Shown here: one piece after another, positions 26,892-38,649 of the stretch
Numbering within the stretch: the first letter of the stretch is position 1
How the letters are laid out: the number at the start of each line of letters is the position of its first letter
Source: Selaginella moellendorffii
Lineage: Eukaryota > Plantae > Lycopodiophyta
Reading direction: 5' to 3'
Length of the DNA: 64,000 bases
Assembly: GCF_000143415.4 (NCBI RefSeq)
Contig: NW_003314281.1
Coordinates: forward strand, 1,961,882 to 2,025,881
Program-made: the position numbers and the translations under genes
The notes under the pieces: generated by a model
The model's input: the letters and a program-made list of their open reading frames with translations, nothing else
What the model was told of the DNA's origin: nothing
Database searches by the model: none

Positions 26892-27235
26892 GGCATAGTC
26901 CGTACGAGCGAGCTGGACCTTAGCTTTGTTGTTACTCCAATATCTGGCGATTGGGGACAAGCCAGAGCCACTCTTTCCTCATCACTTAGATTATCCTTTA
27001 ATGCTATGGGTTTAAAAAAATCTCGTGAGCCCTAGAAATCTCTCTCTCTCTTTTGCGCGCAATGGCGATGGCGCTCGATCGGGTTGCGAATTCCTGCTGT
27101 TCGCGGCGATTCAATCGTGGAGGAGCGAGCGGGATTGCGATAGTATTGCTCCAGGTTTGCTGATTTCTTGCGCGCCGCAATGCCGTCGTGAGATGCCGCC
27201 GATGTCGCGGCGCGCAAATGTGGAGGGATTTCTAG

Positions 27236-30170
27236 ATGAAACGAAAGAGCACGGAGCTGGGGGACGCAGGGATCGATTTGGAGAGGCGGCGGGATAGCAG
27301 CGACAATGCAACCACGGCGGCGTCGGTGTTTGCCCAGGGTCCAAGAAGTGGCTCTCAATCGCGTGTGGCGGCATCCAGCTCTAGCGTGGAGAACAGATTG
27401 CCGCCAGCGTCTATGGAGCTGGTTCTAGCGACCGATGCCGGCGATGGTGATACCAACATGAACGATACCGGGGCCGAGGAGGAGGAGGAGGAGGACGATG
27501 GTGGCAATGACCACGTCGGGGACGTGACGCTTCGCCAGTGGCTGAGACCCGGGAGGACTGTCGATCGAGTGGCGTGTCTACACATCTTCAAACAGGTGCT
27601 GGAGTTTGTAGAGCTCGCGCAGAAGCAAGGTGTGATTCTCCGGACTATCAGGCCATCCTGCTTCATGATCTCGCCTCTCCATCGCATCACCTTTATCGAG
27701 TCCGCCAGCAGCTCGGACAGATCTTCCGAGCACTCGACCGGGAGGGCCGCGGACTTTCCCGAGCAGGATATGGGAATGGAGGCCCAGAGAAATGTGGATG
27801 CCGCTGCTATCACCGACTTGCAAAGAGCTCTTGCGCAGCCCGATGACCAGTGGACGTCTTCGTTCGATCCCAGCGAGCCCAGTAGCCACGAGATTGACGA
27901 GAACTTTCCTCTCCGACAAGTGCTGGCCAAGGAGCAAACCTGGTACACGAGTCCCGAGGAGCTTGCCGGTGGCGCTAGCTCGTTTGCATCGGATGTGTAC
28001 AGCCTCGGCGTGCTTTTTTTCGAGGTATGAGTTTGTTTTTCTCTTGTTTGTATTGTTGAAAAAGCTTGCCGACTTTGTTGCAGCTGTTCTGCGTCTTCTC
28101 CTCAAACATGGAATGGTCGAGAGCGATGTCTGATCTTCGCCACCGGATACTTCCTCCACGACTGCTTTCCGAGTCGCCGAAAGAGGCAGCGCTCTGTCTC
28201 TGGCTTCTTCATCCGGAGCCACAGTCCCGGCCGAAAGCCAGGTCAGTCAGTGACATATGTGTATCGATGATTGAACCTGGGCATTATTTTCTTTCTAGGG
28301 AGATCTTCCAGTGCGAGCTATTCAGTGAGGCAGGAGAGGCTCTTGCCGAGCGTGAGGCGGCCGTGGACATTGAAGAGAAGGAAGCAGACTCGGCCTTGTT
28401 GCTAGAATTCCTTCTTCGTGTGCAACAGGAGAAGGAAGAGGCGGCCCAGAAGTTGTGTCGAGACGTGCAAGGCCTCAGCACAGACATCGACGAGGTTGAG
28501 AAGCGTAGGGGGGTACTAAAACACAAGGGACTGATGGTAAGCCATGCAGAGAGGGACAGGATGTGGAGCCTTGGGGGGCCGAGGGATGAAAGTTTTGGTA
28601 GCTCTAGCAGGCACAGGCTAGATCTTTCGTTGCGGATGGAACCAACTAGAGTAGGAGGAGATGAAGCAGGGCCGTCCGAGGGGAATGACATAGTTTCACC
28701 GGTGGTTGAGAGTAGGAGGCATAGCGAAGTTTTGTCCAGGAGTGCCCGACTGATGAGGAACTTTAGTCAGCTAGAGCAGGCTTATTTTTCAATGAGGTGG
28801 AAAGTCGATCCTGCGGGAGTGGATATGGACGTGGACGGGCCTTCTTCTGGTGGTAAACAGATCGTAGAAGCTTCTCCGGTGGCTGGAAGTGCGAATGATC
28901 GTCTCGGGGGCTTCTTTGACAGCCTTTGCAAGTATGCCAGATACAGTCGGTTCGAAGTGAAGGCTACCTTGAGGCATGGAGACTTGCTCAACACAGCCAA
29001 CATGGTGTGCTCTCTCAGCTTCGATCGGGACGAGGAATTCTTTGCAACAGCTGGAGTGTGCAAGAAGATCAAGGTGTTCGAGTGCGATACGGTTCTCAAC
29101 GAGCATGTTGACATTCATTACCCGGTGGTGGAGATGGCTAGCAGATCCAAGCTTAGCAATATCTGCTGGAATAGCTACATCAAGAGTCACCTTGCTTCAA
29201 GTGATTACGATGGTGTAATACAGGTACTCTTTGCGATTCATCTTCTGTGCAAACATGACACCTTCATTTTATGCAGCTTTGGGACGCTAGTACCAGTCAG
29301 ACACTCGTAGAGTACAAAGAACACGAGAAACGGGCGTGGTCTGTGGATTTTTCGCATGCAGACCCGACGAAGCTCGCAAGTGGTAGCGATGATGGAACTG
29401 TAAAACTGTGGAGCATAAACCAGGTAGGAACAGCCGTATTTCTTTCTTATCATTTAAACTCAAATCCTTGTGTGTGTAATCCAGGAAGCAAGCACTGGAA
29501 CGATTAAGACCAAAGCCAACGTTTGCTGCGTCCAGTTTCCTTCCGACTCAGCGCACTTACTTACCTTCGGCTCGGCTGACTACAAGATCTATTGTTACGA
29601 CTTGAGGAATACAAAGGGTCCCCTGTGCATCCTGTCGAGCCACAACAAGGCCGTGAGCTACGTAAGGTTCGTTGATTCCTCGACGATCGTCTCAGCCTCG
29701 ACGGATAGCACACTCAAGCTGTGGGACCTCAGCAAAGTGATGAGAAATGGAAACTCTAGCAACGCGTGCAGCTTGACTTACACGGGGCATACAAACGAGA
29801 AGGTAGCGACTCTCTTTCGATATCTTCGTGTCTCTTACGTCGTGAACCGACTTGCTTGAGCAGAATTTCGTTGGACTGTCTGTATCCGATGGCTACATCG
29901 CGTGTGGCTCAGAGACAAATGCTGTAAGTCGATCGTAGCTTTTCTTTCGAAGACCTCTCATTCCATCCATTTTCGCAGGTGTTTTGCTATCACAAGTCAC
30001 TCCCGATGCCACTGGCGACTCACAAGTTTGGCTCCTCGGACCCGGTCTCCGGCCAGGAAAACGAAGACGATGGAGGCCAGTTTGTCTCGAGCGTGTGCTG
30101 GAGAGGGAAATCGCAGACTCTCCTCGCTGCAAACTCCATGGGAAACATCAAAGTGCTCGAGCTGGTTTAA
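27236..30170 (+). CDS. SPA: SUPPRESSOR OF PHYA-105 (SPA) family protein: kinase-like, coiled coil, WD40
   Basis: [56 protein letters not shown], ends NIKVLELV*. Confidence 0.95.
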
Positions 30171-30204
30171 GCAGAGGAGTTGCAATTTTTGAGGAACGAA
30201 GAAC

Positions 30205-30538
30205 AAAATATCTTCCTCCAAAGCTGTAAAGAGAAAAAGTGAGCTGTATCATTGTAAATGGTGGACGCAATTCCACGAAAGGTTTTTTCTTAAGATCGTC
30301 TTTACCCGTCCCAGCGTGCGCCACGTCGCCCTAGTTGTAGGCCACACACGTGGCTAAAATATCAAGCTGGATATCCGAGACCATATCTCCGCACAATGCG
30401 CTGGCCGTTGGATCCGCGGAAATCAATCCCGACGCTCTGATTGGCCTCGGAAATCCATTACTTTATTTTGAATGCTTGCCACGTCGGATGGAAATATCTC
30501 CCAGGGCCCGCCACGTGTGCCGTGAAAGAAAGATATTT
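30205..30538. promoter_or_regulatory. Clock-type promoter of PRR: evening elements plus G-boxes
   Basis: AAAATATCT 30205-30213, AAATATCT 30492-30499, AGATATTT 30531-30538, CACGTG 30347-30352 and 30512-30517, extra CCACGTC copies. Confidence 0.65.
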
Positions 30539-30689
30539 CGATCGTTGGCTACTTGACGACGGGGTTTTCTGTGGTTTGTGGAGTGTCTCATTCTAGGTTT
30601 TTGCCCTGGATCGAGGTTTGAAGCGCGATTTTTGCGAGGAATTCGGCTGTGCGCGGCCCGATTTCGAGGTCAGATCGCCCAATGGCGCG

Positions 30690-33280
30690 ATGACAATGAG
30701 GCAGGCAGGGATTCTTGATGCGCCGAATGGCGCGGGCGCTGGAATTGGCGGGGAGAGTGGGAAATTGTCACAGCGCGGCGAAGGGTGGGAAAATCTTCCT
30801 CCATACAGGCAGCTCAAAGTCCTCCTCGTTGAAGATGATGATTCCACGAGGCATGTCGTGGCTGCTTTGCTACGCAATTGTGGCTATCAGGGTATGCGTT
30901 TGGAGAGCTTTGATTTTGTCTTTCCTTTTTCTACTGAAGAACAGGACTGATACATTTCGTCGTCTTCTTCTTCTTCTTCTTACAGTTGTGCCTGCTGCAA
31001 ATGGTTTGCAAGCGTGGTCTTTACTCGACGATCGCAACCGGGAGATCGATCTGGTTCTTACGGACGTGGTGATGCCGGGCTTGTCAGGACTTGGACTGCT
31101 CTCGAAGATAATGCATCACAAGAACCACCAGAAAGTTCCTGTTGTCAGTACGTAGTTTGTTTTGGGTTGATCGATCGAGACGGGGTTTAACGTTGCTTGT
31201 GTGAATGCAGTGATGTCGTCTCACGATTCTACGAATGTGGTTTTCAAGTGCCTGACGAAAGGAGCTGCGGACTTTTTGGTGAAGCCCGTGCGCAAGAACG
31301 AGCTGAAGAACCTGTGGCAGCATGCTTGGAGGAAAGCTCGAAGTGTACGTGTTATGCTCCTTGTTTTGATCGGGAGAGAACAAAAGAGTAACTTTTCTTA
31401 TATCAATTGATGCAGTCGAGTGGAAGTGAAAGCGAAACAGGGAGATTAAACAAATGTGGAGGCTCCTGCGGCGAATTAAGCAGTGATTCTGGAAGTGAGG
31501 AAATCCGCATTTCTGATCAAAGTGACACGGAGGTAAAGACTAATTTCCATGTTATCTGTGTTTTGATTTCTCTCCATTCTCAGAGTTCGTGCACGAAAAA
31601 GGTGGCGGAGCTGGAGAGCCCACGAAAGTCCAGGCCGCGAGCTTTCACAAAACCAAAGCCGTGTCCGCCATCCAGGCGGGCACGCCGGACGAAAGGTACA
31701 CGCTCAAGCTCGTCTGATGCTTTTGTTTCGACTTAAAAAGCTTTGCGGATAATTTCTGAAACATGTCTAGTGACACCTGCAGATTCTGACACGGTCGATG
31801 ATGTTGGTGCCCGTCTCAAACCCGCGGATTCACCAGCAGACACGGATCGAGCAATGGAGGCTGTGGACTTGATTGGAAACATTGCCGAGCCGAGCACGGC
31901 CAAGGCCGCCGAGGAATTCGAGTCCGAGATGGGGGCAAGCAACAGCCCGGAAGTCATCCTAGAACGAGATGTGAGCTCCTCAGACCCGGCGCCAACGTCG
32001 GGAAATCTGGAGCTCGCTCTCAAAAGTCCTACCCCGGACCACGCTTACGAGCCGAGCTATGTCTTAAACCAGTCAGGACCTTCTGCCTTCTCAAGGTCAT
32101 TTTTTCTCTTCTCCTAGCTTCAGATGCTAACACTTACGCATCAAATGTAGGTACAACACGAAACAAAAACAAGCTATTGATCATCACCACCAACAGCAAC
32201 AGCAGCAGCAGCAGCAGCAGCAGCAACATCAACAACAGCAACACCAGTTTTCTTCCACAGCAAGTGTCCAACTTCCAGGCCAGATTTTTACTAACGGAGG
32301 AACACAAACTGGAAGGTCGAACGATCAGGCAGCGGCTGCCGCAGCAGCAGCAACGGCAGCAGCAACAGCAGCGTTCTTTGCTAGGCCCGAGCAGCAGCAT
32401 CATATAGTCACTCCGGTGCAATACGCGACAGTACTTTCTTACGACCAGAGCTTACCAGCGAGAGGAGGAGCTACCTATTACTACACACAGCCGGCTTTGC
32501 CGCCATGGCAGCACGCTTTCTCACCACCACAACAGCAGCCTCGCCTCGACAATCCAGACTTCGTGGAGCAGCAGCAGCGTCAGCAGCAGCACTTCGTGGA
32601 GCAACAACAACGTCAGCAGCAGCAGCAGCACGAAGAACAAAAGCACCGGAGCTTCCAAGCGCTTACAAACATCATGGCTCACCACCACCACTACCACATC
32701 GAGCACCACCACCACGATAAAGCCAGCGGTAGCAACGAGCTTGAGACCCCGGGCTGTGGCTCCACGAACGTCGCTGGAGATGGTAGCGGTGGTGTTGGAG
32801 GTGGTGAGCTCCACTCAAGTTTGCACGCCTCCAACAATAATGGTGGCAGTGGGAATGGGAATGGTTGGAGCAGCTATGGAAACAATGGCAGCGTGAGTGG
32901 AAGCAACCATGGCAGCAACAACGTTTACAACGACAGCACCGCCAAGATGAGTAACTTTGGCAGCTGCTGCAATGGTGGCGATAGCAATCCGGGCTCCAAC
33001 AATTGTGGCGCTCCGGCCGAGAACGCCGCCAACAACAGCAAAGTCAGGCGAGAGGCCGCTCTGAACAAGTTTAGACAGAAACGAAAGGAGAGGTGCTTCG
33101 AGAAGAAGGTACTCGCCATTCTTTGTTTCATTTTCTTTGGCACGTCTCACACTCGTTTCTTTCTTCCAGGTTCGGTATCAAAGTAGGAAGAGGCTTGCGG
33201 AGCAGCGCCCTCGAGTGAGGGGCCAATTTGTGAGCCAAGCGGTGTTCGATTCGTCCATCAACAATTTACCATGTCAATAG
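30690..33280 (+). CDS. PRR: Pseudo-response regulator (PRR7/PRR3-like): receiver domain plus CCT domain, multi-exon
   Basis: [90 protein letters not shown]; poly-Gln tracts. Confidence 0.95.
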
Positions 33281-33461
33281 TGTACAGACAATGAGTTTTT
33301 TCTTGGCCTTTTTTTTGTTTCTCTAGTGTATCAAAAGATGCAATTTGACCTTCGTGTTCTTCTCGCCTGTCGCGATTCCATGCTTAAGTCTCTGGAAATG
33401 CCAGTGCTTGCAAAAGTAGGAAGAAAAAAAAAACTAGAAGTTTATTCACTTCGATGAGACT

Positions 33462-34625
33462 CTAGTCCGACTTGCCACCGTGATCATCACTGTCGTCAAT
33501 CGGAGCGTATGAATCGTGGAGAACCAGATCTTTCATGTTCTTGAGGTGCTCGTTTCCATCGCCAATCTCGTCCTCCTCTCGCACCTCCCGTCCCACCGCA
33601 CTCCCTTCCAACGCCGGATCCACAAACTCCTTGATGGTCTCGCTCACAACTCCGCCGCCCTCCGGATCATCCTTCTCGCTCTGCCAGTGCTCCTCCGCCA
33701 GCTTCCTCTCGCCATCCTTGTTCACGTCCTCGGCATCCACCGCCTTGTGCTTCTCGGGATCCAGCTCCAAACTCTCCGCGCCTCTCTCCGCCTCCGATCG
33801 CAGCTTCTCCACTCCACTCGATCCCTGCTGAGCTTGCTGCTCGATCTTCCTCTGCAACTCTCCTACGTTCTTCTGGACGTCTCCCGCGGCTCGCGACGCC
33901 GATTCCTGGACGCCACCGAGCCTGTTCTTGAGTTCCTCGAGGCTCTTCTTAGCGGCCTCCACGACTTTGTTCCCTCTCTGCCCGGCCTCCTCGGCCGCCT
34001 CCACCAGGACGCTCACTCGCTTCTCCACTTCCCCTCGAGCAGCCTCCAGCCCCTGCCTTGCCTTCTGTCCACTCTCCAAGCTCGCCTTCACGGCCCCCTC
34101 CACGTTCTTGTGTAGCTCTTGTCCCAGCCCGGCAACTGGACTCTCCGACCCGGACCCGAGGTGCTCGGCCTCCACCTCGGACGCTCGCTCGGCCGTTTTT
34201 TCCAAGTTCTCGGTCACTTCTTCCACTGCCTCGCCGGTCTTGGATGCTATAGCTCCGGCTTCGTGCTCGGCCTCTTCATGCACTCTCTCGGGGCTCTCCA
34301 CCGCCGATTCCGATGCTACATGCATGACGCTCTCGCGAACATCCTCCTTTTTGACATCCTCGTGTTTTACTTGCTCGTGGTCGGGGACTTCGATCACCAG
34401 CTTCGAGGGCTCGGACTGGCCCGGCGTCTCTGCCTGGATCGTCAACCGGATGGAAGATTTCTTGCTGCCTTCATCACCCTCTAGAGCTGCTCTCGTCGTG
34501 AAACAAGAAAGAGTACCTCTTCTACACGCTCCGCTCGGAAAACAAACCTTTTGGATCGACGGAGAGCGCAAACGATTCCCGTTGATGAACGAAACACTCG
34601 CATTCATCGCGACTACGGCCTCCAT
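33462..34625 (-). CDS. Acidic helical LEA-like protein with plastid transit peptide, intronless
   Basis: First ATG at 34625 (MEAVVAMNAS), transit-like segment to FTTRAA, then E/A/K-rich amphipathic repeats. Confidence 0.6.
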   Translation of the reverse strand: MEAVVAMNASVSFINGNRLRSPSIQKVCFPSGACRRGTLSCFTTRAALEGDEGSKKSSIRLTIQAETPGQSEPSKLVIEVPDHEQVKHEDVKKEDVRESVMHVASESAVESPERVHEEAEHEAGAIASKTGEAVEEVTENLEKTAERASEVEAEHLGSGSESPVAGLGQELHKNVEGAVKASLESGQKARQGLEAARGEVEKRVSVLVEAAEEAGQRGNKVVEAAKKSLEELKNRLGGVQESASRAAGDVQKNVGELQRKIEQQAQQGSSGVEKLRSEAERGAESLELDPEKHKAVDAEDVNKDGERKLAEEHWQSEKDDPEGGGVVSETIKEFVDPALEGSAVGREVREEDEIGDGNEHLKNMKDLVLHDSYAPIDDSDDHGGKSD

Positions 34626-34930
34626 AGCTTTTTCCACACTTGGGAGCAGCGTCCGTGCTCTGTTTTTTAGGGCTCCAGGCGCACAGTTGGCGGTTCCGGT
34701 GCTTGCCACGCTGCAAGAACAGGTGTCAGCCACCAAGCCTACGAGATAAAAAAATCACCAAGTTGAAAACTTGACAAGTACCTGTCAAACTACACGTCTT
34801 CTATCAAAAGCTCGATAATTTATATTCAAAGATCTGCAAGACACAGAGAATTCGAAGAGCATGAGTACGGTGGCGATCGAGAGGTGTGTACGTAACAACA
34901 GGACTCACAACAATTGGACACTTGGAATCT

Positions 34931-35903
34931 TCAACAGGCGCAGCTGCCAGCGTTCTCGGGAGGAGGAGGCTCGTTGCCCGGTCTCAGGATGTTCTTCTTC
35001 ACTGACTTGGCCTCAGCTACCAAGCTGGGTGTTTCCAGAATCTGCGCAAAAACAAGGAGAGAAGAAGACCATTTAGTTGGTAGCAGCCTTGAATTTTTCA
35101 GAGCCTTCCCACCTTCCTGACAAGCTCTTCGAAACACTGTTGGACGTTGATGCGAGTCTTTGCGCTGCTCTCCAGGAACAAGCAGCCATACTTCCGGGCG
35201 AACGCGATGCCCTCGTGTTGTGAGACCGCGCGCTCGGAATCCTGGAGTTCAAAGGAAAGGAGTTAGACAAATTCATCGGAAACAATAAGACAGACCCTGT
35301 CGACTTTGTTTCCAACCAGCAGCTTCACACAATCTTGGTTAGTCGAGTAGAGCTCGACCTCTTTGAGCCAAACATCTTGAAGGTTCGTGAACGTATCTCT
35401 CCTAGTAACATCATAAACTGCGAAAGAGAAGAAAAACAAATGAGCTACAAGCAAAGAGAAAGTAAAGCTCGAGATACACGTACCAAGAATGACGCCTTGT
35501 GCTCCTCGATAGTATGAACTCGTGAGTGTTCTAAATCTTTCCTGCCCAGCTACGCGAGATCAAGAAAAAAAAAAAACTCTCAAAACTCATACAAGAGACA
35601 GCTGTGCTAAAGTTACCGGTGTCCCAGATCGTGAGCTTGAGCCTCTTCCCTTCCAATGTCATGAGCTTGAGCTTAAAATCCACACCTGTGTGAAGAAGAA
35701 GATGAAAATCCTCTCTTACTCTTACTTTTGGAGGCATTGGGGATCCACTCACCGATTGTGGGGGAGAGATCGTCGAATGTGTCGGCAGTGAATCGCAGCA
35801 GCAAGCTGCTCTTGCCGACACCGGAATCTCCGATGAGCAGTATCTTGAAGAGGTGATCAAACTCATTGCCGCTCACCGACGAAGACGAGGAGGAGAGCGC
35901 CAT
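34931..35903 (-). CDS. RABC: RabC (Rab18-like) small GTPase, multi-exon
   Basis: [36 protein letters not shown]-terminal CAC prenylation motif. Confidence 0.95.
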
Positions 35904-36036
35904 TGGCAAGAGGATGTAGCGCACGGCCTTCACTTACAAATCGATCCCACAGCTCCTCCCCCTTCTCCACCTAGGGCAAACGAAAAAATAAAATCCTTTC
36001 CACGCGTCACTCTCTGTTTTTTAGGGTTCCTCAAAG

Positions 36037-37484
36037 ATGCAGTGCTTGTGCCCGCGAGCGTCCGGCGGAGTGGTGGCCGCGATTAGGGCAGAAGCCGGGG
36101 CGAAGGTATCGATCAAATCGCGGGGCAGCGCCCAGCTTCAGCGCTGGGCGAGGGCGCGGCGTGCCAGGACGCTCATCAATCAGAAGAGCAATTCGAATGC
36201 GGCGGGTGTGCTGGACAGGGAAGGCGCCAAGAGCGACGAGAGCGATCGGGATGACGATCGGGGTGAGGAGGAAGACGATGACAGGGCTGGGGGGAAATCC
36301 GTGTTTATGGTGTCGGATGGCACGGGATGGACTGTGGATCACTCGGTTCACGCCGCCTTGGGGCAATTCGAGCATTGCTTGACTGATAGGGGATGCGCTG
36401 TGAATACTCATCTCTTCTCCGAGGTAAGCTCTACGCTATCCTTTCTTTGCTTTCTTTTTTTCCTCTCTTCAAAGCTACATTATCTTGAGTTTTCTTGCCT
36501 CTTTCTTTCTTTTCTTATCTCTAGCAACTAGAGAATGCGAGTGAGGAAAAAGAGTCTTTTTTGTTTTGTCTTTTCATGTTTTTTATGGCTGAATGTTTCG
36601 TCCATGAGAAGTTGCGAGCCAAACTCATAGAGAAAACGTTCTTCCGTCATGGAGAAACTCACGACAGTGTTTTAGATGGTTCCTTTAGGTGAATGACATC
36701 GATCGATTGATGGGAGTGATCCGCCAAGCTGGCGCAGAAGGAGCCATCCTGGTCTACACACTTGCGGATCCAGCCATGGCCGAGGCAGCGAAAAGGGCTT
36801 GCCAGATGCTCGCAGTTCCTCATCTAGATATCCTGGGACCGATCACAGACGCTCTCGGCTCACACCTCAACGTCATCCCTCTGGGACTTCCCCGAGGAGC
36901 TCCCGGACGCAAGAGCACACTCTCCAAGCAGTACTTCAAGAGGATCGAAGCCGTGGACTTCACCATCAAGCAGGACGATGGAGCTCTCCCACAAAACTTA
37001 CACAAGGCCGACCTGGTCCTGGTGGGAGTTTCCAGGACGAGCAAGACACCTCTGTCGACGTACTTGGCTCAGATGGGATACAAAGTCGCGAACGTCCCTT
37101 TGGTGCTTGGGATCGAAGCACCAAAGGAGCTCTTCCAGATCGACCAAGACAAGATCTATGGCCTCACCATCGACCCGACGTTCTTGAGATCTATTCGTGC
37201 TGCTCGCTACCGCCACCTGGGGCTTGGGAAAGAAACCAAGAGCTCGTATTTCGACATGGAGCACATAAGAACGGAGCTCCAGTACAGTGGCGAGCTGTTT
37301 AAGAAGAATCCAACATGGCCAGTGATTGGTATGTTTGTTTCAGACTTTGTTGATCTTCTCATTATGAGGGTTTTTTTCAGAGGTGACGGGGAAGGCCATA
37401 GAAGAAACAGCCGCAGTGATATTGAGGATTTATCACGAGCGCAAGAATAAGTACGTTATACCAAGGATCTCCAAACGGTATTGA
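36037..37484 (+). CDS. Pyruvate,phosphate dikinase regulatory protein (PDRP/RP1, DUF299), plastid, 3 exons
   Basis: [29 protein letters not shown]-loop, KVANVP, KAIEETA, ends ISKRY*. Confidence 0.93.
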
Positions 37485-37884
37485 TCAATATTGTATAGTT
37501 TTCGCTAACACAAGCTATGAGTCTTGGTTATTTTTATCTTTTGGACACGAGAAGTTTCTGCTTATCCAGTGGCCTAGAACAAGCAATGCCATCTTCCTCG
37601 ACGTATTCCTGTCGATCGTGGATGATCAGCTTCCAGATCTGGTCGGCAGCGCCCGGTCGCCACGCCACCGGCCAAACTCCTTGATGGCTTGAGTGATGTT
37701 GCGAAGATTGAATTAAGGTATTTGTGTCCAGAAAAATCGAAATCACCATCGCTTCTTCGCAAGCTTTTCTTCAAAAGACTTGCTGAGCGTTCCACTTTTT
37801 TTTTGTTGCATTGCAGTTAAATAATGTTATGTAAGTTATTTTATTTATACGGATTTTCATTTTACAACAACAAAGTCAATCGCA

Positions 37885-38032
37885 ATTCTCACAGTTTTAA
37901 AAGAACAAAAAGAATCAACTCTCAAGAATCCAGAATCAACTATAGTGGTTATGTGTTTATCTGATTCTCACAGTATTGAAAGAACAGAAAGAATCAACTC
38001 TCGAGAATCCATAATCAACTATAATGGTCATG
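37885..38032. repeat. Imperfect tandem duplication, 79-bp period, 2 copies
   Basis: attctcacag...aagaatcaactctc.agaatcca.aatcaactata.tggt.atg starting at 37885 and 37964. Confidence 0.85.
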
Positions 38033-38649
38033 ACAACTTGAAGATGTTCTTTGCATGCTCTCAAAAGAAAAGGTGCAACTAAGGCGCAAAGGCGTTGTTG
38101 AAGTATGTCAAGCATGCAACTAGATCATCTGAAACATACCAACACGAGGTTCGTAATGCAGTTTTCTTATCAGAACAGGAGCCCATGGCAGTTGAGCAGG
38201 ACCGAGAGGAGCAACGCCTCAATCTTATGTTGAACAGCTGCACCAACAAATCCAGCCTTAGACACAGGCTGCGTTATAAGAGTGGCTCCCTACAAGTCTC
38301 CAAGTCGATAACATAATCCAAAACTTCAACAATCTAGCCAGATGCTTAGATTCTGAAACAGTCCCTTCCAGGACTGTTCCAGCATCTACAGTCCAGATGC
38401 TTACGTTGATCGCTAGCACGGTTTCGTCATATAGTGTGCTTACGATCACTTGCAATTTTACTTGCCAATATATCGCTCCAATTATGTAAGCTTCACAGAT
38501 TCACAGTATGGATCTCGTGGGATTTCTCTATATAATGCAAGCACTTCCAGAAATCGAAAGTGATGGCAACCGAGTCCTATTTACAAACGACACTAGAGAG
38601 TTGTGCTCCGGCTTTTGATATTGTGCCTACCGAGATGGGATGACGAGCT

